Shown here: positions 7,039 through 14,901 of the stretch, in pieces
Position numbering within the stretch: the stretch's first letter is position 1
Layout of the letters: each line of letters begins with the position of its first letter
Origin: an uncultured virus (IMG/VR IMGVR_UViG_3300022223_000003)
Taxonomy: Duplodnaviria > Heunggongvirae > Uroviricota > Caudoviricetes
Virus record (IMG/VR): IMGVR_UViG_3300022223_000003
Length of the DNA stretch: 20,000 bases
Strand: one strand, 5' to 3'
Program-made: the position numbers and the translations under genes
Notes under the pieces: model-generated
What the model was told of the DNA's origin: nothing
The model's database searches: none
What the model saw: the letters and a program-made list of their open reading frames with translations, nothing else

Positions 7039-8061
7039 CTACTGTGCCCACATCGGCTGGCGCACGGCGTACCGACCTCCGCGGGCAACCTCCCGGCGGA
7101 TCTGCCGCGCTCGGGCGAGCTTCTGACCGAGTACGGCGATACGGTGCACCTCCTTGGCCCGCGCCCGCCGCGTCATGCGCACGCGCTGGAGCCTCTTGGC
7201 CGCTGCCTGGGCCTTCTTCTTCAGGGCGACGACGGTGCCCTTGCCCGCGACCTTTCGGACGTTCTTGGGCAGCGGTAGCGCGGCGTTGTCGAGATCGTCG
7301 GCGGTTTGGAGTTCGGCCAACGCGCCCTGGAAACCGGCCAGGCCGATGCTGCTGGGCATCAACGGCAACCCCGGAGCCGAGGACGAACCGCCCGAATAGT
7401 TGGCTCCTTCCGAGGCGTCGATGACGTTGGAGCGCGCCAAGACCCCCGGCATGATGGGCTTGCCGTACTCGTCGACCTGTGCCCGCTGCTGACCGATGCG
7501 ACCGTCCGCGGGGTCGAGCTGGCGGGCCGCCTCGACGGCCTCCATGGCTCCAGCGAGGTCTTCATCGACGGCCGACGCCGTCTGGCCGAGTCCGGCGCGG
7601 CCGTAGCCGCCCTGAATGAAGGGGGCACCGAGTCCGGCGCGGCCGTAGCCACCCTTGATGAAAGAGTCGGCGAGACCGGCACTGCTCGGGGTCAGCGGCA
7701 AACCTCCTGTCCACGACGAACCGCCGCTGTACAACGCGCCGCCGCTGTAGTCGATGACGTGACGGCGCTCCGGGAGCACGCCGGGGATGTTCCCAAGGCT
7801 CCCGGGCCACTCGCCGCCCTGGCTGAACGCGGCCAAGCCCACCGAGCTGGGCATCAAAGGGAGCCCCCGGGCGTGGGAAGAGCCGCCGGAGTAGTTGGCG
7901 CCCTCCGACGCATCGATCACGTTCCGACGCGCCAGAACACCCGGCATCACGGGCCGACCGTACTGATCCACCTGCGCCCGCTGCTGGCCGATGCGACCGT
8001 CGCTGGGGTCCAGAGCTGCCAAACCGTCGAGGACGGCAATCTGTTCTCCGAGTCCGCTCAT
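7039..8061 (-). CDS. Repeat-containing protein (340 aa) with highly basic C-terminus; putative core/cement virion protein
   Basis: Strong SD; three copies of PGVL...VID.S.GA.YSGGSS...GLPL.PSS.GLA; two FI.GGYGRAGLG; K/R-rich tail. Confidence 0.85.
   Translation of the reverse strand: MSGLGEQIAVLDGLAALDPSDGRIGQQRAQVDQYGRPVMPGVLARRNVIDASEGANYSGGSSHARGLPLMPSSVGLAAFSQGGEWPGSLGNIPGVLPERRHVIDYSGGALYSGGSSWTGGLPLTPSSAGLADSFIKGGYGRAGLGAPFIQGGYGRAGLGQTASAVDEDLAGAMEAVEAARQLDPADGRIGQQRAQVDEYGKPIMPGVLARSNVIDASEGANYSGGSSSAPGLPLMPSSIGLAGFQGALAELQTADDLDNAALPLPKNVRKVAGKGTVVALKKKAQAAAKRLQRVRMTRRARAKEVHRIAVLGQKLARARQIRREVARGGRYAVRQPMWAQ
7330..8012 (-). repeat. Intragenic direct repeats (two ~185-bp copies, one ~115-bp partial copy, two ~36-bp copies)
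   Basis: Approx. 7830-8012 matches 7330-7520; partial copy at approx. 7675-7790; ccgagtccggcgcggccgtagcc at 7586 and 7628. Confidence 0.85.
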
Positions 8062-8063
8062 GA

Positions 8064-8075
8064 TCTCATTCTCCT
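8064..8075 (-). promoter_or_regulatory. Conserved translation-initiation box AGGAGAATGAGA (copy 1)
   Basis: Exact 12-mer, 2 nt before ATG 8061; identical copies at 13296 and 13963. Confidence 0.8.
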
Positions 8076-8098
8076 GTGACGGTAGCGCCAGTCACAGC

Positions 8099-11000
8099 CT
8101 ACCTTGTTTCGTCTTCCTTGTCGCCTTTGGGCCAGAGCACCGCCGCCAGCGCCGCCGCTCCCAGAAACCACGGTCCGACGCCCATACCCGCTTTCTGGAT
8201 GGGTGGCGGGGTGGGTGCCGTAGGCACAGGGGGCACTGTTATATGGATGGTGGGGCCAGCGACTTTCACCGCAACATCCTGAGCCGCCTGAGCTTCTCCA
8301 GCCGCCTGCTGGGCCTCTCGCGCCGTTGCGGCGGCCTCCTCACGTTTCTGATCGGCCGTTTGCCTCAGCCGGACGTCCTGGGGCTCTTGTTGAGCCTGGA
8401 TCTCGGCGCGCTGCGCTTCGGCCTCTTTCTGCGTCGCCACATTCGTTTTTTCGATGGCCTCTCGGGTCTTCTGCTGAGCGACGGCTTCGACCTTCTGGAC
8501 TTCGGCCGGTTTCGGGGGCGGTGGAGCGGGCGCGGGGGTGGGGACGGCACGTGGCATCGGGGGCGGTGCGGGAGTAGGCGCAGGCGCGGGCGCCCCGGGC
8601 TTGAGGTCGATGGCCTCTCTCTTCTTCACCGCGGTGGCCGTCACCAACGTCGGCTTCTTGAAACGCAAAAGCAGCGCCTGGTCTCGCATCGGCAAAGGCG
8701 CAACGTTCGCCGCCGTTGGGGCTCGCCCGTGGGTCGCTTCCCACTGCCCAGCATTTTTCGAGACGAGATCGGCGAGAGCCTGCGGCAGCGCGATGTAGGA
8801 CGCCCCGCGCCACCCTTTCTTGGTGCGTCCCTGCTCGACAAGAACCCCCGTTTCTCGGAGGTATGACATCCACATGGTTTCTGGCAGATCGTAGTCGACC
8901 GGGAAAATCAGCGCCGCGAGCTGGAGAAGACCATCGCGAGTTGGTTTGTCTGCAAAACCCGTCTGTTTGACGCCTGTGGGCTTCACCTGCTTCTGGACAA
9001 CGGTGCGTCCCGGCTTCGCCATCTCCAACAAGGCTTCTTGCACATCGAGGATTGCGACGATGTAGGTGGACTTGGCAACAGCGGTCTTCAAAACTTTTTG
9101 TTGCTCTGCGGCGGATTCAGCGCGACGTACATCTGCGGCCACATTCTGCCGATACAGCTCCGCAAAACGCTCGATAGGTTGCGCGAGTGCGGGCAGCGTT
9201 TTGATGTTGCTGTTCGAGACAGCAGTTTCCAGGTATTGATTCCACGCCTGGTTACTTGCCTCTCGAACCCGTTCGGTCTTGAAACGCGGCCCGAGTTGCT
9301 GACGCATCAGATCTTGAAGCTGTTGCACTGCGGCCCCAAAAACAGCCGTTCGAGCAACCAGGGTGTATGCCGCCCTTGTCGGCTTGTCGAAAGAACCGCT
9401 GACCTTTACTGCGGAGTACACGGCCTTCTCTTGGGCAGTCAGTTTCTTCCCTCGACCTGCCTGTGCCGAGAGAACCGTGTGGCGGATGCTCTCCTGGAAG
9501 GTCTTGACGCTGATCGTGACAACAGATTCCTTCAGCGCATTGGCCACCATACTGGCGCGGAAGCTCTTGGTTGCCTGCGCTCTCTTCTTCACGAGCTGCG
9601 CCTGTGTGTTGAGCGCTACCAGAACTGAGGTGCGAACGTAGATCTCGGTATCGCCGCTCGCGAGCCGAACGAGATCGCCCGCAGGGGTTTTCGTAGAGGT
9701 GTTCTCGAAAAACGTCTTGATTGCGTCGGCCAGCTCCTTGGGTCCGCCGCTGGGGTCAAACTTCTTGGTGCTAATCCCAAGGGCGTTGATGGAGGCAATG
9801 ATCTCCGCGGGGTTCACCGCGGTGAAATCCTTGATACGGGCGGCTTCTGCGGCTCGTGCCGCCGCCAGCTTCTGTGCAGCGTCTTTCAGACTTTGAGCGA
9901 CCTGTGGAGGTAGCTTCACGGACATCTCGTCATTGCTGACGAGCCTCCCTTTCACCAACGCAGCTGCCCATGCGTCCCACCCAGGAGTGTCCTCTTGGAC
10001 ACCCATCCATCGAAGCAAGAGCGTCCGCATCTCGCCCTTCCAAGGGCCCGTTGGAGCAAAAGGCTCGCGGCTGATGCGTTTTTCAAGGATCGCTGCATTG
10101 AAAGCCTGGCGCAACGTCGAGGTCTTCACCGAAGATGTCGATTGCTGAGCGATCTTCGCCACAGCTTCAGCCAGAAGATCGCGTTTGGGCCCCGGGGGAG
10201 GCGCTTTGGGAACCGCCAGCTCTTGGAGTCGGTCCCAGGTCGCCCGCAAAACAACGAGCTTGTCTGCTGCCGCCTCGATGCGAGGATCCAGCTTGTGTTT
10301 CTGCGCTTGCGCCTTCCACGCTGCCAACACCTGCTCTCCGCTCGTCGGTTTCGGCACCCCGAGAAGACCCAAGAGCGACACCATCTCGCCGCCGGTGACG
10401 GTGGCGACTTGCTCCGAGGGGAGAGCAACAAGCACAGGGGGCTTCGGCGCGGCGTCGGGCGACACCTTCGCGTCGGCGTCGGCTTTCAGAAGCAAAAACG
10501 TCTTTTCGCTCACGCGAACGTTTCGGAGATCGGCGGTTGCCTTGACGATGTAGGGGTCGAGACCGCGCTTGTTGGCGCTCTCCTTCCATGCGCCCTCCGT
10601 AGTCGGTCCTGTTTTCCCATCCGACAGTCGTTCGGGTGGGTGTCCTAGTCGCTTGAGGATGCTCTGGACGTCGTGCGTGTCGACGACGACCCTCTTGTCT
10701 TCCGGCCGCGTCGGAGGTGCTGCTTCGCCTACTGCCGCCGCCTTCAACGTCTTGTAGGTCGCGGCACTGACAGTTGCGGCTCTTCCGCCGGTGGTGCCCC
10801 GGATGGTCGTATTGAGCTTCCGGGCGGCGGCAACAGCCTGATACTTCGCCTTGGTGGTGGGGCCGTATTTCCCGTCGGTGATGCGAGCCGGATCTTGTCC
10901 CAACGCGATCAAAATCTTCTGTAGCTCGTCCACCGGGACGCGGAGCGAACCGGGAGCAACACCGGGTTTGGGGGCAACTGGAGCGGGTGCCTTCGGTTTG

Positions 11001-11467
11001 GAGCCGATCGGCCGAGCCGCTTCATCTCGAAGACGACCTGTTTTCAAGGCCTTATCCCGCAAGCGGCCCAACGCCTGTTGGCTGATCCAGACGTTCTTGT
11101 TGTCGACGACCTTATCTACGATGCGTGGGGCGATCTTCGAGTGAGGCTCCTTGAACAGTTTGGCGTAGCGGCTCCACGCAGCATCCGTCTCGACGTCGTA
11201 GAAACCCGTCTTGGTGACGTACACCTGAAGGGCGTTGAGCATGTTCTGCAACGACGTCGTCTTGACGGTCGTTGCAGTCACAGCCGCCGTCGCCGCTGGC
11301 TGGGCCGGAAGACGCCCAGAGGGCGCCGCGATACCGAACTCCCCCAACGCCTGGCTGTGGCGTTGCTGCCCGTAGCCGTAGCCGCTCAGGCTCGTCGGCA
11401 CGTCGCCGACCGTTGAAAACGCAGCGAGGTAGGAGCCCAACAGGAGGTTGTCGTCGTAGGGGTTCAT
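8099..11467 (-). CDS. Large (1122 aa) C-terminally anchored protein with multiple degenerate peptidoglycan-binding (PG_binding_1-like) repeats
   Basis: ELQKILIALG...DGKYGPTTKAKY and DVQSILKRLG...DGKTGPTTEGAW match the LQ..L..LG...DG..GP.T..A pattern; more degenerate copies follow; Pro-rich linker, coiled coil, TM PWFLGAAALAAVLW. Confidence 0.8.
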   Translation of the reverse strand: MNPYDDNLLLGSYLAAFSTVGDVPTSLSGYGYGQQRHSQALGEFGIAAPSGRLPAQPAATAAVTATTVKTTSLQNMLNALQVYVTKTGFYDVETDAAWSRYAKLFKEPHSKIAPRIVDKVVDNKNVWISQQALGRLRDKALKTGRLRDEAARPIGSKPKAPAPVAPKPGVAPGSLRVPVDELQKILIALGQDPARITDGKYGPTTKAKYQAVAAARKLNTTIRGTTGGRAATVSAATYKTLKAAAVGEAAPPTRPEDKRVVVDTHDVQSILKRLGHPPERLSDGKTGPTTEGAWKESANKRGLDPYIVKATADLRNVRVSEKTFLLLKADADAKVSPDAAPKPPVLVALPSEQVATVTGGEMVSLLGLLGVPKPTSGEQVLAAWKAQAQKHKLDPRIEAAADKLVVLRATWDRLQELAVPKAPPPGPKRDLLAEAVAKIAQQSTSSVKTSTLRQAFNAAILEKRISREPFAPTGPWKGEMRTLLLRWMGVQEDTPGWDAWAAALVKGRLVSNDEMSVKLPPQVAQSLKDAAQKLAAARAAEAARIKDFTAVNPAEIIASINALGISTKKFDPSGGPKELADAIKTFFENTSTKTPAGDLVRLASGDTEIYVRTSVLVALNTQAQLVKKRAQATKSFRASMVANALKESVVTISVKTFQESIRHTVLSAQAGRGKKLTAQEKAVYSAVKVSGSFDKPTRAAYTLVARTAVFGAAVQQLQDLMRQQLGPRFKTERVREASNQAWNQYLETAVSNSNIKTLPALAQPIERFAELYRQNVAADVRRAESAAEQQKVLKTAVAKSTYIVAILDVQEALLEMAKPGRTVVQKQVKPTGVKQTGFADKPTRDGLLQLAALIFPVDYDLPETMWMSYLRETGVLVEQGRTKKGWRGASYIALPQALADLVSKNAGQWEATHGRAPTAANVAPLPMRDQALLLRFKKPTLVTATAVKKREAIDLKPGAPAPAPTPAPPPMPRAVPTPAPAPPPPKPAEVQKVEAVAQQKTREAIEKTNVATQKEAEAQRAEIQAQQEPQDVRLRQTADQKREEAAATAREAQQAAGEAQAAQDVAVKVAGPTIHITVPPVPTAPTPPPIQKAGMGVGPWFLGAAALAAVLWPKGDKEDETR

Positions 11468-11907
11468 CAGAACTGCACCTGCGCGACGACCACCTGAAGC
11501 TCCTGCGGGCCTCCTGGAGCGACGACCGCAAAGAGCTGCTCATCAGGAAGCAACAGCTGCATGAACCCGCTGGGTGCGAAAGCACCGCCGCCCATCTGCC
11601 CGTTGACATTGAAAGGTGCGCTGGTGTTGTTGCCCAATGCTTCTTGCTTGCTGAAAAGCACTTCCACCGCGGCCGGAGCCGGGTTCTCTCCCCGGAGTGA
11701 AACTCCGACAAACATGAACACCTTGGCGGCGCCGATGTTCCTTGCCACTTCGGTGACACGATCATTGCGCAGCCGCAGGCTCGTGCCCTTGGCCATGGCG
11801 AGCCGGTGCGGGCCGACCACGCTCGCCCAGAGCGCTCGGGCATCGAGCAGCCCCTGGCCGGAGCTGAACTCGATCTTGAAGGGGATACCCGGCTGTGCGC
11901 CGTCCAC
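11467..11907 (-). CDS. Beta-rich 146-aa protein; putative minor capsid/penton-like single jelly roll
   Basis: GGAGG SD plus GTG; alternating beta pattern ending LLLPDEQLFAV...LQVVVAQV; third gene of the capsid-like cluster. CDS is well supported, function is inferred. Confidence 0.55.
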   Translation of the reverse strand: MDGAQPGIPFKIEFSSGQGLLDARALWASVVGPHRLAMAKGTSLRLRNDRVTEVARNIGAAKVFMFVGVSLRGENPAPAAVEVLFSKQEALGNNTSAPFNVNGQMGGGAFAPSGFMQLLLPDEQLFAVVAPGGPQELQVVVAQVQF

Positions 11908-11918
11908 GGAGACCTCCG

Positions 11919-12509
11919 CTAGAAGTTACCCCGGCAGACGACGTAATCGCCGAGTAGTTGAATGCCAAACTCCTTGGTGGCCCCCACGAGCGCCGCCCAG
12001 CGGGCGGTGTCGATGGTCCACTCGACGTCGAGATCGGTTCCCGGGACCGTGATGTAGACACCGTCCCACTCGGCGATGTTGCCCGAACCGCTCCTCGAAA
12101 GCAGCGACTGCATGCTCACGGGGCGCTTGAAGACGGTGAAATCGCGGCCTTGCTCCTGCACCTGAAAGCTGACGAGGAATGGCGCGGCACCCCCGAGATC
12201 GGGGTCCATCATGAAGCCAGTCATCCGGCGGAACGCGAAGTTGTAGCGCGACAACAGCGTCACCGGGCGGCTCTGGGTGACGATGGCGCCGGTGGGATCG
12301 ATCCGAACGGTGAACTGGAGATCCTCGATCCGCATGTCCTCCGGCGGGAGCAACCCGCTGGAGAGATCGGAGTAGTATTGAATGAGGGCACCGGGCGGAA
12401 CGGGGATTCCAGCATCCGGCCCTTCCTGCGGCGCTTGCACGCCGGGGGTCATGGTACGCGCCCCTGGAACGGCGGCACCCAACGCTTGTCCTCCCAAACC
12501 TCGCAGCAT
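11919..12509 (-). CDS. Beta-rich 196-aa protein; putative second (minor) single-jelly-roll capsid protein with Gly/Pro-rich N-terminal leader
   Basis: AAGGAG SD; about 8 predicted strands ending FGIQLLGDY, parallel to ITNYLHGLI of the upstream protein; N-terminus MLRGLGG. Confidence 0.55.
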   Translation of the reverse strand: MLRGLGGQALGAAVPGARTMTPGVQAPQEGPDAGIPVPPGALIQYYSDLSSGLLPPEDMRIEDLQFTVRIDPTGAIVTQSRPVTLLSRYNFAFRRMTGFMMDPDLGGAAPFLVSFQVQEQGRDFTVFKRPVSMQSLLSRSGSGNIAEWDGVYITVPGTDLDVEWTIDTARWAALVGATKEFGIQLLGDYVVCRGNF

Positions 12510-12540
12510 CTCGAATCTCCTTGGCCCTGCTCCGAGGGCG

Positions 12541-12568
12541 AAAACAAAAAGGCCGCCCGAAGGCGGCC
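12541..12568 (-). terminator. Rho-independent terminator downstream of the putative major capsid gene
   Basis: Minus strand GGCCGCC-TTCG-GGCGGCC-TTTTTGTTTT: 7-bp GC stem, cUUCGg tetraloop, U tract. Confidence 0.9.
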
Positions 12569-12625
12569 GACGTTATCCCACCCGGAGTAGAAGAAACGTC
12601 GGCCGCAGTCGGAGAGGCTCGCCTG

Positions 12626-13291
12626 CTACTTGGTGACCGCGGCGCGGATCAGGCCGTGCAGGTAGTTGGTGATGATGACGGGCGTGTCCAGCGTCGGCTG
12701 CACGACCGTCACGGTGTTGGAGAAGCCCGCGGGGTTGGGCTGCGCCGTCCAGGTGCGGGGATCGAAGCGCAGAAGGCCGTCCAGCTCGTGGTTCTGGTTG
12801 AGCATCTGCTTCTTGATCAGCCGCGCCGCCGAGGCGGTGGCCGGGACACCGACGGACATGATCGAGAGGTTGTTCTCGGTCGTGTTGCCGTACATGCCGT
12901 ACCCGGAGGGGAACTTCACGGCGGGTCCCTCGTCCTGGAGGATGTCGTTGATCTTCAGGCGGTAGTAGGAGTTCTCCACCAGCTTGAGGACGTCCCGACC
13001 GCTGGTGATCGAGTCGCCGACCGCCAGGCGGAAGTAGAGCCCGATGCGGTCGAGCACCATCGATTCGCCCGCCGACAGCTTGCGGGGGGTCTTGATGTTG
13101 CTGTCCGTGTCGCGCTTGCCCTGGACGTCCTGGAAGAAGACGATCTCGGTGCCGGTGGGGATGGCTTCCTGCGCTGGAACGACGGCGGAGTCCCACTTGT
13201 CGCTCTCGCGGAAGTCTCGGATGTTGACGACCTGGCCCGTATCGGTGTCCCGAAACAGTCCCGGCTGCCCTTCAATCGGTTGAAGTGCCAT
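12626..13291 (-). CDS. Putative major capsid protein (single-jelly-roll type), 221 aa
   Basis: Strong SD box, very strong GC3 bias and own terminator indicate high expression. Beta-rich with WDS...FFQ..GK..TDSN...L...I...PSGYG...L.G pattern that I associate with SJR-like capsid proteins; no HK97 features recognised. Confidence 0.6.
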   Translation of the reverse strand: MALQPIEGQPGLFRDTDTGQVVNIRDFRESDKWDSAVVPAQEAIPTGTEIVFFQDVQGKRDTDSNIKTPRKLSAGESMVLDRIGLYFRLAVGDSITSGRDVLKLVENSYYRLKINDILQDEGPAVKFPSGYGMYGNTTENNLSIMSVGVPATASAARLIKKQMLNQNHELDGLLRFDPRTWTAQPNPAGFSNTVTVVQPTLDTPVIITNYLHGLIRAAVTK

Positions 13292-13295
13292 AGTT

Positions 13296-13307
13296 TCTCA
13301 TTCTCCT
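13296..13307 (-). promoter_or_regulatory. Conserved translation-initiation box AGGAGAATGAGA (copy 2)
   Basis: Exact 12-mer, 4 nt before ATG 13291. Confidence 0.8.
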
Positions 13308-13357
13308 GATCATGGTTGGTTTGTTGGCCTTCGGGTTGTGTTCAGGGAGCTGCCGAT

Positions 13358-13963
13358 CTACGAGAGATACGGAGCGTAGCCTCCCAATCCGCCCAGGGTT
13401 TCCTCCTGCACGACGGTCCCTTCGAGACCGAACAGTGCTTCGGGTGTGACGGAGGGGTCTCCGACACCCTGGAACGCTCCCGGCGACGCGGTGACGCCGG
13501 TGGTCTCCAGCGCCGCGAGGGCTTCCATTCCCTCGTCGCCGCCGTAGCTCGTCATGTAGTCGTCGCCCTCGCCGAGCGTCGCCACGTTGAGCGGCTCGCT
13601 TCCGGTCAGCTCCGCGAGCGCGGTCTGAAGGAAGCTCGCCAGTGCGAAGCCGCCGACACCGCCGAGGACGCCCATGGCGGCCTCGCGGTTGTACTCGTAG
13701 AGGCCACGTGCCCCCACGACGCCTGCCACGAAGACGGTGCCGGACATGACGGCCGACCGCAGCAGCGGGTTCTCGATCATGGTGGAGAGGTTGAGCCTTT
13801 CGGCCAGCTCCTTGGCTCCCCATCCGGCGAGCAGGATGGCGCCGCCACCGGCGGTGCTCGCCCACAAGGCCTCGCGGAGCATGTTGACGTCGAGGAACTG
13901 TTCCATGCCCTCGTAGTCGCCAAACTCCAGGCCCATCATGTCGTCATACGCATCCAGATTCAT
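13358..13963 (-). CDS. Multi-TM (about 3 helices) protein with acidic Gly-rich termini, 201 aa; putative major virion membrane protein
   Basis: Start reassigned to ATG 13963 (MNLDAY) behind the SD box; hydrophobic Gly-rich helices; lies immediately upstream of the capsid-like gene. Confidence 0.8.
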   Translation of the reverse strand: MNLDAYDDMMGLEFGDYEGMEQFLDVNMLREALWASTAGGGAILLAGWGAKELAERLNLSTMIENPLLRSAVMSGTVFVAGVVGARGLYEYNREAAMGVLGGVGGFALASFLQTALAELTGSEPLNVATLGEGDDYMTSYGGDEGMEALAALETTGVTASPGAFQGVGDPSVTPEALFGLEGTVVQEETLGGLGGYAPYLS

Positions 13964-13974
13964 CTCATTCTCCT
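13963..13974 (-). promoter_or_regulatory. Conserved translation-initiation box AGGAGAATGAGA (copy 3)
   Basis: Exact 12-mer whose last A is the A of ATG 13963. Confidence 0.8.
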
Positions 13975-14008
13975 TTGCTCGACCCACGATGGGCACGAGG
14001 TCTGCGCT

Positions 14009-14818
14009 TCAGCCTACACGAAAAACTTTACTCGCCGCCACCATTCTCTTCGGTGCTTCCCACCCAAAAGGCATATTTACTGATGCGTCCATGGAAACCC
14101 AGTGGGTTGGATTGGCTCTCGGGAAACCAGCCTGAGCGTAGATATGGTTCCAATCCCTCGCGTCTTTCGTTCGGATCACCTTATACCTGCACGGGATGCC
14201 GAGCGAAAGTAGGGTGGCGCACGTCAACGAGCTGTAGTCGTCGCAGTCACCCGTCCCAAGAGCCAACGTGTGGCCTGGTTTTTGGTAGGTGTCGACGCCC
14301 AGAATGTCACTGGTGTAGCGGACGTCCCTACGCATGTTTCTGAAGACATTTCGGGCAGTTGTCACGTCTTTCGCCGTCAAACGAGGTGGAACCTGACGGC
14401 GCAAATCACCAAAAACAGCTTTTGCCTCGCGGACGTTGTCTTTTTCAGGGATGCACCACCGATTTCCGCACTTACGCGACACGGACTGGCGGGCGAAGGC
14501 ATACACGACGGGGTCACGTTTTCCGTCGTCCGCCAGGCCGTTGAGGTAACGGATGCGGTCACGGAGGGTGCGGATACGGTAAGAGCGCAACCGCATGGGT
14601 ACCGCGGCGTGGTTGCGTGTCGGTACTACGGCCCGGCCACTGTTGTGGAAGGCCCTTCCCGGTACTCTGGCGCCGGGGCGCGGTGCCGGAATCGCCCCGC
14701 CTCGCGCCCGCATCCCTGACAGACCTCCACGACCTGTCAGCTCGTCGGCGGCCTTCTTCAAATGGTGTGCTCCGATAACGAGCGACGCCAAACCGAGAGC
14801 GACGTTACCGAAGGCCAT
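14009..14818 (-). CDS. Transglutaminase-like (papain-fold) cysteine protease with N-terminal membrane anchor
   Basis: Catalytic triad motifs GDCDD, WNHIY and WVSMDAS; VRYTSD and LLSLGIP.R typical of the Transglut_core superfamily; N-terminal hydrophobic helix. Confidence 0.88.
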   Translation of the reverse strand: MAFGNVALGLASLVIGAHHLKKAADELTGRGGLSGMRARGGAIPAPRPGARVPGRAFHNSGRAVVPTRNHAAVPMRLRSYRIRTLRDRIRYLNGLADDGKRDPVVYAFARQSVSRKCGNRWCIPEKDNVREAKAVFGDLRRQVPPRLTAKDVTTARNVFRNMRRDVRYTSDILGVDTYQKPGHTLALGTGDCDDYSSLTCATLLSLGIPCRYKVIRTKDARDWNHIYAQAGFPRANPTHWVSMDASVNMPFGWEAPKRMVAASKVFRVG

Positions 14819-14825
14819 GACCCGC

Positions 14826-14854
14826 AGGATACGGGCGCCTGCCTACTTCCACAA
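14826..14854 (-). promoter_or_regulatory. Putative sigma70-like promoter giving a leaderless transcript of the protease/structural operon
   Basis: Minus strand TTGTGG-N17-TATCCT-N7-ATG(14818); no SD. Confidence 0.5.
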
Positions 14855-14901
14855 GACCTCCAACCTATCCCATCTTCTGCAAAAGTGTTTTTCCGTCGTT
14901 T

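Noticed and set aside
7330..8012. Repeat pairs as diversity-generating retroelement TR/VR
   Set aside because: Both copies are in one ORF, differences are largely synonymous or conservative rather than adenine-specific, and there is no reverse transcriptase in the window.
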